64,000 bases of DNA from an uncultured Rikenellaceae bacterium (lineage in GTDB: Bacteria; Bacteroidota; Bacteroidia; Bacteroidales; VadinHA17), in the NCBI GenBank assembly GCA_964642615.1, contig CAZXSW010000006.1, forward strand, positions 8,885 to 72,884, written 5' to 3'. Below, in pieces: positions 57,448 to 64,000 of the stretch (positions are counted from its first letter, which is position 1; each line of letters starts with the position of its first letter). The translations under genes and the position numbers were made by a program. The notes below the pieces were generated by a model. The model did not search any database. It saw only the letters and a program-made list of their open reading frames with translations, and was not told where the DNA came from.

Positions 57448-58159
57448 TGTATTCTAATATATTATTTAAACCATCAATCACAATATCAGGCATTAAGGTG
57501 ACATTGTGACTTATTTTGTTCCTTAGAAATTCTCCATCACCTCCAGTGAGTACTACTTTTACCTGAGAGTATTTTTTTTCAAACGTGCGAATATACTCAT
57601 TTATTTCATAAATGATCCCGGATATAACACCCGCCACTATGGCATCGGTTGTATTACGGCCCGGGAAGGTGAAGATCTCTGAAGCTTCAACAAGGGGCAG
57701 ACGGCCGGTGAATTTGTTAAGGGCTTTGAATCTTATTCCCATACCCGGCGAGATATTGCCACCCCTGAAGGTCTTCCCCGCGAGGTAATCATAGGTGATG
57801 GCTGTTCCGGCATCGATTATAAGCACATCTGAGCCGGGCCACATGAAGGAGGCTCCGGCAACGGCTGCGAGACGGTCGGGACCAAGTGTCTCGGGGGTGT
57901 CGTATTCAATCCTGAAGGGCAGCCTCGATTTTGAAGAGAGGTTGTGTATGTAGGGTATTCTGAAGGGTAGGAGATCAGAAGCAGGGTCACTGCCTTTTCT
58001 GACCGAACAGATTATTGCCTTGTCAATCTTAAAGGACGCCAGTTTTTTCCTGAGTTCTTCATTGTTCAGATCCTTTACCCTGTACAGGCTCACCCTCTCG
58101 TTTCCTTTGTAAACAGCAACCTTGGCTGCTGTGTTACCCATATCTATAATCAGGTTCAT
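57440..58159 (-). CDS. coaX: Type III pantothenate kinase
   Basis: 239 aa with IDMGNT, IIDAGTAITYD and LTGGD motifs. Confidence 0.9.
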   Translation of the reverse strand: MNLIIDMGNTAAKVAVYKGNERVSLYRVKDLNNEELRKKLASFKIDKAIICSVRKGSDPASDLLPFRIPYIHNLSSKSRLPFRIEYDTPETLGPDRLAAVAGASFMWPGSDVLIIDAGTAITYDYLAGKTFRGGNISPGMGIRFKALNKFTGRLPLVEASEIFTFPGRNTTDAIVAGVISGIIYEINEYIRTFEKKYSQVKVVLTGGDGEFLRNKISHNVTLMPDIVIDGLNNILEYNA

Positions 58160-58184
58160 GGCAGAATGGTATTATGCTGATTAA

Positions 58185-58192
58185 CAAATATA
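58185..58192 (-). promoter_or_regulatory. Candidate -7 promoter element TAnnTTTG (TATATTTG on the - strand) for the coaX operon
   Basis: The + strand reads CAAATATA, 25 nt upstream of the coaX ATG (58159). Confidence 0.45.
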
Positions 58193-58244
58193 ATAAAAAC
58201 GAACGAAAGAAAGCCGGATAGTGGTAATCATACCCTGGTTAAAG

Positions 58245-61200
58245 TCAATTCAGCGAAGTATCTTCAACTATCGTTGAAAGAATTCTTATTGCATCCTTTA
58301 CTCCCGGAGTATTCTTAATGGTCAGACTCAGCTTTGATCCTTTCTGCTTCACTGACATTGCTCCTGACCTTCTGCTTACATAATTCATAAGCCTCACGAA
58401 GAGTGCGCTTTTATAGAATACCGAATTCTGATCGGATACAAAGGAGGCGATCATCAACCCGTTCCTCAGTATTATCTTTTCGATGCCGAGCTTTACGGCA
58501 ATCCATTTCAGTCTGACTATATCCAGCAGGGCAGCTGCCGGAGGTGGAATCTTGCCGAATCTGTCGGTAAGCTTATTTTCAAAGGCAGAGAGTGATTCTT
58601 CGGTATTTATATCATTGAGTTCCTTGTAGAGCCTGATTCTTTCAGGGATGCTTGATACATAATCATCAGGGAACATAATCTCAAGATCAGTGTCTATCTG
58701 GAAATCAGTGACATACTTCCGTGATCCTTTGTCTTTCTCCTGTTTTTCAGATAACTGCGATGCCTCCTGGTCAGTGATGTGTTCGCTTTCCTTAAGTTCA
58801 GCAATAGCTTCGTTAAGTATCCTCTGGTATGTCTCAAATCCCACATCGGCAATGAAACCACTCTGTTCCCCTCCAAGAAGGTTTCCCGAGCCTCGTATGT
58901 CAAGGTCCTGCATGGCGATGTTAAAGCCGCTACCCAGTTCCGAGAATTCCTCAATTGCCTTGAGCCTTCTCCTGGCTTCCTGTGTCATGGTACTGACAGG
59001 TGGCGCAAGCAGGTAACAGAAAGCCTTTTTGTTCGAACGGCCTACCCGACCCCTCAGCTGGTGGAGTTCTGACAGTCCGAAATGATGGGCATCATTTATG
59101 AAGATCGTGTTTGCGTTGGGAATGTCGAGCCCCGACTCAATGATGGTGGTGGCTACCAAAACGTCATAGTCGCCCTGGATAAAGTCGAACATTATGTTCT
59201 CTATCATACTGCCTTCCATCTGTCCGTGTACTATTGCAGTCTTTACCTTCGGGCACATCCTGCCTATGGCCGCCTGTATCTCACGGATGTTGTCTACACG
59301 GTTATGAATGAAGAACACCTGTCCGTTTCTCGATACCTCGTATTCGATCCCTTCCTTGATTATGTCTTCATTAAACCCATGCAGCTCGGTTATGATGGGT
59401 ATCCGGTTCGGGGGAGGGGTGTTAATTACAGAAAGGTCGCGGGCTCCCATAAGTGAGAACTGAAGGGTGCGTGGGATGGGAGTGGCTGTGAGGGTAAGGG
59501 TGTCAACATTTGCTTTCAGCTTTTTAAGCTTTTCCTTGACGGCAACACCAAACCTTTGTTCCTCGTCGATGATGAGCAGACCGAGATCCCTGAAGCTTAC
59601 ATCCCTGGCTGCCAGCTTATGTGTGCCAATTATAATATCTATTTTCCCCTCAGCCAGTTCCTTTAATATCCTGCTTTGATCGGCAGCCTTCCTGTGACGG
59701 CTAAGGTAATCAACCCTGCAGGGGAAGTCCTTCAGTCGTGAGGAGAAGGTTTTGAAATGCTGAAATGCCAGGATGGTGGTAGGGACAAGGACAGCAGTCT
59801 GTTTGTTGTCGGCAGCTGATTTGAAAGCGGCACGTATGGCTATCTCAGTCTTTCCGAATCCCACATCTCCGCACACAAGCCTGTCCATAGGGTGGTCGGC
59901 TTCCATGTCGTTTTTCACTGCCATAGTCGCAGTGAGCTGGTCGGGAGTGTCTTCATAGATAAATGAAGCTTCCAGTTCCCTCTGCATATATGAATCGGGA
60001 GAAAAGGAGAAACCAGGCGAAGATCTTCTCTTTGCATACAGAAGGATAAGATCTTTGGCTATATCTTTGACCTTTTTCCGGGTAGCCTGCTTAAGCTTCT
60101 GCCATGCCCCTGAGCCAAGCTTGTATATCTTTGGCTCAGCATTGTCCTTGCCCTTGTATTTCGATATCCTGTGAAGGGAATGGATACCAACATACAGGAT
60201 ATCATTATCCCTGTATACAAGTTTTATGGCTTCCTGTACCCGGCCGTTTACCTCAATCTTCTCAAGTCCTCCGAATTTACCAATGCCATGGTCAATATGA
60301 ACCACATAGTCGCCCGGGTTAAGTCCTGTCAGTTCCCTTACCGATATGCTTTCTTTCTTTGTAAAGTAGCCCCTGATGCTGAATTTGTGATAGCGGTCGA
60401 AGATCTGATGGTCGGTGTAGACAGATATACGGAGTTCGTGGTCGGTGAAACCGCCGTGCAGGTTAAACAAAAGGGGCGTGAACAACAGGCCGGGCTTGAT
60501 CTCCGCAAAGATATCCCTCAGCCTTTCAATCTGCGACTGGCTCTCAGAGACTATAAGTGTTGAATAGCCCTCAAGGTTGTTTGCCGTGAGTTTTTCGGCA
60601 AGGAGTTCAAAATTCTTGTTGAAGGCAGGCTGCGGTTCTGTCCTGAAGGTAAAGATCTTTTCGTGTTTGAAGAAAAAGCTTCTGCCAAATTCAGCCGTTC
60701 TGAATGCTGAGCATTCTTCAAAGAACCTGCTGCCTGTCATCACAAGTTCTTTTCTGCCGCTCATCTGTCCCGACTCTTCTCTTTGAACTACCTGGGAGAA
60801 TATGTTGTTCATCTTTTCCTTCATAAAGGCAGCCTCGTCAAACCAGATGACGGATGAAGGCGGGAGGAAGGCGGTAAATGAATCCGTCACCTCCTCAATA
60901 GAAATATCCTGGATATTGGGGATTACTGAAATCTGTTTTTTTATCTCCTGCGACAACTGGTCGTCGGTGTTGAAGGTCCTTATTGAGTCAACCTCCTCAC
61001 CGAAAAAATCTATCCTGTAGGGGAGGTCGGCAGAGAAGGAAAAGATATCGGCTATACTCCCCCTTATGGCATATTGTCCGGGCTCATATACAAAATCGAC
61101 TCTTTCGAAGTTGTATTCACTGAGCATCTCTTCAATAAACTCAAGGGAGAGCCTGTCACCCTTTGATATAGTAAAGGTGTTCTTTTTAAGGTTACGGCGG

Positions 61201-61601
61201 CTTATTACTTTTTCAATCACAGCCTCCGGATAGGTAACTATAACCGATTTCCGCTTACCCGAGGCAAGATGGTTAAGGACTTCTGTCCTCAGGACTATAT
61301 TTGCAGGCTCAGTTTGTTCGTACTGTATTGATCTTTTGAATGTTGAAGGATAGAAGAAAATCGAATCACCTCCGGTAACCGAAACCAGATCGTTGTAGAG
61401 ATAGGCTGCATCTTCCTTTTCAGGTATAAGAACAACATGGGTTACCTGGGTATGGGAGAAGGCATGGGCTATGCACAATGATTTTGATGATCCCGTAAGG
61501 CCTTCGAGTCCAAGGTTACCGTTTCCTCCTGTTAAAAAATCAGTGAGTCCCGCCAGAACGGGATGTGATTTAAAAAGGATCGCTAGTTCGTTTTGTTTCA
61601 T
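58245..61601 (-). CDS. mfd: Transcription-repair coupling factor
   Basis: 1118 aa with the SF2 helicase motifs GDVGFGKTE, DEEQRFGV, TATPIPRT and QLRGRVGRS, plus a CarD-like domain (GDYVVHIDHGIGKF). Confidence 0.95.
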   Translation of the reverse strand: MKQNELAILFKSHPVLAGLTDFLTGGNGNLGLEGLTGSSKSLCIAHAFSHTQVTHVVLIPEKEDAAYLYNDLVSVTGGDSIFFYPSTFKRSIQYEQTEPANIVLRTEVLNHLASGKRKSVIVTYPEAVIEKVISRRNLKKNTFTISKGDRLSLEFIEEMLSEYNFERVDFVYEPGQYAIRGSIADIFSFSADLPYRIDFFGEEVDSIRTFNTDDQLSQEIKKQISVIPNIQDISIEEVTDSFTAFLPPSSVIWFDEAAFMKEKMNNIFSQVVQREESGQMSGRKELVMTGSRFFEECSAFRTAEFGRSFFFKHEKIFTFRTEPQPAFNKNFELLAEKLTANNLEGYSTLIVSESQSQIERLRDIFAEIKPGLLFTPLLFNLHGGFTDHELRISVYTDHQIFDRYHKFSIRGYFTKKESISVRELTGLNPGDYVVHIDHGIGKFGGLEKIEVNGRVQEAIKLVYRDNDILYVGIHSLHRISKYKGKDNAEPKIYKLGSGAWQKLKQATRKKVKDIAKDLILLYAKRRSSPGFSFSPDSYMQRELEASFIYEDTPDQLTATMAVKNDMEADHPMDRLVCGDVGFGKTEIAIRAAFKSAADNKQTAVLVPTTILAFQHFKTFSSRLKDFPCRVDYLSRHRKAADQSRILKELAEGKIDIIIGTHKLAARDVSFRDLGLLIIDEEQRFGVAVKEKLKKLKANVDTLTLTATPIPRTLQFSLMGARDLSVINTPPPNRIPIITELHGFNEDIIKEGIEYEVSRNGQVFFIHNRVDNIREIQAAIGRMCPKVKTAIVHGQMEGSMIENIMFDFIQGDYDVLVATTIIESGLDIPNANTIFINDAHHFGLSELHQLRGRVGRSNKKAFCYLLAPPVSTMTQEARRRLKAIEEFSELGSGFNIAMQDLDIRGSGNLLGGEQSGFIADVGFETYQRILNEAIAELKESEHITDQEASQLSEKQEKDKGSRKYVTDFQIDTDLEIMFPDDYVSSIPERIRLYKELNDINTEESLSAFENKLTDRFGKIPPPAAALLDIVRLKWIAVKLGIEKIILRNGLMIASFVSDQNSVFYKSALFVRLMNYVSRRSGAMSVKQKGSKLSLTIKNTPGVKDAIRILSTIVEDTSLN

Positions 61602-61618
61602 CTGCCGGAATGTGGCGG

Positions 61619-61626
61619 CAAATTTA
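61619..61626 (-). promoter_or_regulatory. Candidate -7 promoter element TAnnTTTG (TAAATTTG on the - strand) for mfd
   Basis: The + strand reads CAAATTTA, 18 nt upstream of the mfd ATG (61601). Confidence 0.45.
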
Positions 61627-61648
61627 ACATCATTTTCCGGGAAAACCT

Positions 61649-63007
61649 TCAGCCCTGGAAGCTAAGACAGAAGACAGTCTCTTTTCCCGCGACAGATCTT
61701 ACCTTTAGATTACCCCCGTGAGCTCTCATAATCTGTTTCGAGATGCTTAGCCCTATCCCCGACCCATTCCTGCGGGTTGTGTAAAAAGGCACAAAGATTT
61801 CGTCAATGAGGTTTCCGGGGATACCCGGACCGTTATCTGCCACACAGATCTCGGTATGCTTGTCGGAAACAGTCCGTGCAGTGATTGTGATTTTTGCCGA
61901 GCGATTGTTCTCATTGGCCTCAAGGGCATTTTTAATAAGATTGATGAGTACCTGTGTGATAAGGTTTTCGTCAGCTTTAATCTCAAGATCAGGATCTTTG
62001 AGAGAAACAAATAGGTCGGTGTCTTCACTTCCGGCAAGAGATCTGTAAAGTATGCTCACCCGGTTCATCAGGTCGTCAACCCTGAACAACTTCATGTCGG
62101 GTTGAGGAATCCGTGTGAGCTGACGGTACGATTCAACAAACGACATAAGGCCTTTTCCCTGATCCTGAATTACGTTAAGTCCCTGAATTGTCTTTGAAAT
62201 TGCCATGTCGGTTATTGAATCAGGAGAAACCGGATGTCCGTCAGAAGTGAAAAAACGTGCCAGGCTATCCGAAAGTGAAGTAATTGGAGCCAGGGAATTC
62301 ATTATTTCATGCATAAGCACACGTATAAGCTTAATCCACGAGTCGAGTTCTTTTTCGTCAAGTTCATTGCGTATGTCCTGGATTGAAATTATCATCAGCT
62401 CTTCATCGCGCATTTTAAAATCCGATGCTTTAAGGGCTAATTGAACTTCTCCCCGCTCTGAACTTATCGAAACCAGCCTTCTCTCGGAAGGGGCAATTGT
62501 TTTTATTGCCTGATACAGCTTAAGGTCAATCCGTTCAAGTTGCTGTATATGAGTAAGGATGTCAAGTGATAGAAGCGTTTTTGCAGTGGAATTGGTATGT
62601 ATGATAAACCCTTTTTTATTGAAAGTGATTAACCCGGTTGCCAGGTGTTCAATAATTGATTGAAAATACTGTTCTCTCTGGCGGTTTTCAATTTTCAACT
62701 GCTGTATCTGCCTGTTGACTTTATTCAGGCCCTGGTAAATGGAATGAATTGACTTATCGGTAATATTTGTCGGCATCGTAAGGGTCGAATCATCATTCTG
62801 AACCGACTCGAGAAAATAGCTGATCCTTCGGTTGGTTGTATTGAGAAAATGAATAAGAAGAAATATGAACAGGATGTCAGTGAGGATTACCAATAGGATT
62901 AATTCAACAGGTTTCCCTGAAGAAATCATCCAGCCAGCCAAAGCACCAAGCAGTGAAACTGCCAGTATCCTGATGATTGTCTGAAAGTAGAAATTTTGGG
63001 TTATCAT
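61649..63007 (-). CDS. Sensor histidine kinase (2 TM + PAS-like + HisKA/HATPase)
   Basis: 452 aa with the H-box LMHEIMNSLAPI, N-box LINLIKNALEA, G1 DNGPGI and G2 GSGIGLS. Its ATG overlaps the stop of the upstream regulator (ATGA-type overlap at 63007). Confidence 0.85.
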   Translation of the reverse strand: MITQNFYFQTIIRILAVSLLGALAGWMISSGKPVELILLVILTDILFIFLLIHFLNTTNRRISYFLESVQNDDSTLTMPTNITDKSIHSIYQGLNKVNRQIQQLKIENRQREQYFQSIIEHLATGLITFNKKGFIIHTNSTAKTLLSLDILTHIQQLERIDLKLYQAIKTIAPSERRLVSISSERGEVQLALKASDFKMRDEELMIISIQDIRNELDEKELDSWIKLIRVLMHEIMNSLAPITSLSDSLARFFTSDGHPVSPDSITDMAISKTIQGLNVIQDQGKGLMSFVESYRQLTRIPQPDMKLFRVDDLMNRVSILYRSLAGSEDTDLFVSLKDPDLEIKADENLITQVLINLIKNALEANENNRSAKITITARTVSDKHTEICVADNGPGIPGNLIDEIFVPFYTTRRNGSGIGLSISKQIMRAHGGNLKVRSVAGKETVFCLSFQG

Positions 63008-64000
63008 TATCCCAGTTTCCTTATTTTATTATATAGTGTCTGACGGGTTATACCCAGCTGATCTGCTGCGGCACTCAGATTCCCATTGTTTTTTTCAATA
63101 GATTGACTTATCATTCGTTTCTCCATTTCTTCAAGAGTCATGTCAGTGTCGGAAGTCCTTCCCTGTATAACAGGTTTCATGAAGAAGTCTTCAGCTTTCA
63201 GAATATTGCTTTCGCTTAAAATTACAGCCTTCTCAATAGTGTGCTGCAATTCACGTATGTTCCCTGGCCAGGAATATTTAGACAGTTTTTCCTGAGCCTG
63301 ATTATTGATCTTCAGATTCGGTTTATTGTATTTTGAAGAATATTTTTTAAGGAAGAAATCGGTTAAAACAAGTATATCGTTTCCTCGGTCACGAAGAGGA
63401 GGAACCTCAATCTGGATGGTGTTGATACGGTATAGCAGGTCCTCACGGAACAATCCTTCACCTACCATCCTGTCAAGGTTTTTATTTGTTGCACATATAA
63501 GCCTGATATCGATCGGTACTGATTTATTGGATCCTATTCTTGTAATCATCCTGTTTTGAACCACAGCCAGGAGTTTGGACTGAAGGTGGTAAGGAAGGTT
63601 CCCTATTTCATCGAGGAAAAGGCTCCCCTTATCGGCTACTTCAAATTTTCCGGGACGGTTTTCCCTTGCATCGGTAAAGGCTCCCTTTACATGGCCAAAC
63701 AGTTCACTTTCAAATAATGTTTCTGCAACAGAACCCATATCGACACTTATCATTACCTCGTTTGCACGATCTGACAGACGGTGAATTTCATGAGCTATCA
63801 ACTCTTTTCCTGTGCCATTCTCTCCCGTTATCAGCACATTCGCATCGGTCTTTGCCACTTTCCTCACCATTTTAAGAACCTGCATCAATTGAGGTGAAGA
63901 ACCTATTATATACTTCTGTTCACGATTTAGTTCCGATTTCAACCCCCTTTCCTTTTCTTTCAATAAACTTACCTCTTTTTTCGACCAGTTGAGTTGAATT
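63007..64000 (-). CDS. Sigma54-dependent (NtrC-family) response regulator, 5'-truncated by the window edge
   Basis: The frame is open up to base 64000, so the receiver domain presumably lies outside the window. The AAA+ module has Walker A GENGTGKE, GAFTDA (a variant of GAFTGA) and Walker B LFLDEIG. A C-terminal Fis-type HTH (AAADQLGITRQTLYNKIRK) is present. Confidence 0.88.
   Translation of the reverse strand, partial: IQLNWSKKEVSLLKEKERGLKSELNREQKYIIGSSPQLMQVLKMVRKVAKTDANVLITGENGTGKELIAHEIHRLSDRANEVMISVDMGSVAETLFESELFGHVKGAFTDARENRPGKFEVADKGSLFLDEIGNLPYHLQSKLLAVVQNRMITRIGSNKSVPIDIRLICATNKNLDRMVGEGLFREDLLYRINTIQIEVPPLRDRGNDILVLTDFFLKKYSSKYNKPNLKINNQAQEKLSKYSWPGNIRELQHTIEKAVILSESNILKAEDFFMKPVIQGRTSDTDMTLEEMEKRMISQSIEKNNGNLSAAADQLGITRQTLYNKIRKLG

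Noticed and set aside
1-64000. A search for CRISPR arrays, tandem repeats, IS elements, and rRNA/tRNA genes.
   Set aside because: No intergenic gap exceeds about 250 bp. None shows regularly spaced direct repeats or cloverleaf-compatible sequence, and no transposase- or integrase-like ORF is in the track. This was checked by eye only, so short or degenerate elements could have been missed.

Overview
This 64 kb window looks like a chromosomal segment from a Bacteroidota bacterium. The phylum call rests on a SusC/SusD pair, a PorP/SprF-like gene, LptC, lipoprotein signal peptides ending in Cys, and the Bacteroidota -7 promoter motif TAnnTTTG upstream of about 10 transcription units. Coding density is high, and I support about 50 CDSs. 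Most are housekeeping genes:
- purH (5' partial)
- the cell-shape cluster mreB-mreC-mreD-mrdA-rodA
- pgi, lysS, lipA-lipB-recJ and purE
- hpt-adk, obg, a PAP2 phosphatase, lplA and plsC
- a membrane-anchored MutS paralogue, parE-parC-aroK, gpmI and an M20 peptidase
- a SusC/SusD locus with two lipoproteins
- coaX-OMP-lptC-CNNM, mfd, and a histidine kinase with a sigma54-type response regulator (5' partial at the window end)

I found no rRNA, tRNA, CRISPR array, transposase or integrase. No intergenic gap exceeds about 250 bp.

The one clearly accessory-looking block is 38657-43520. It holds a translationally coupled pair. The first gene encodes a 590 aa HEAT-repeat protein with a possible degenerate cNMP-like C-terminus. 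The second encodes a 1036 aa STAND-type P-loop NTPase (FFGRE + Walker A) followed by a hydrophobic helix, a coiled coil and seven WD40 blades, with no recognisable effector domain. This is my best candidate for an uncharacterised sensor or conflict system.

Secondary curiosities:
- a PorP/SprF gene coupled to a PD40 + SPOR-like protein
- a coupled outer-membrane barrel pair carrying a helix-hairpin-helix module
- a roughly 73 nt imperfect hairpin between adk and obg
- an enzyme-less, regulator-less SusC/D locus

All functional calls come from by-eye motif recognition, and no database search was run.
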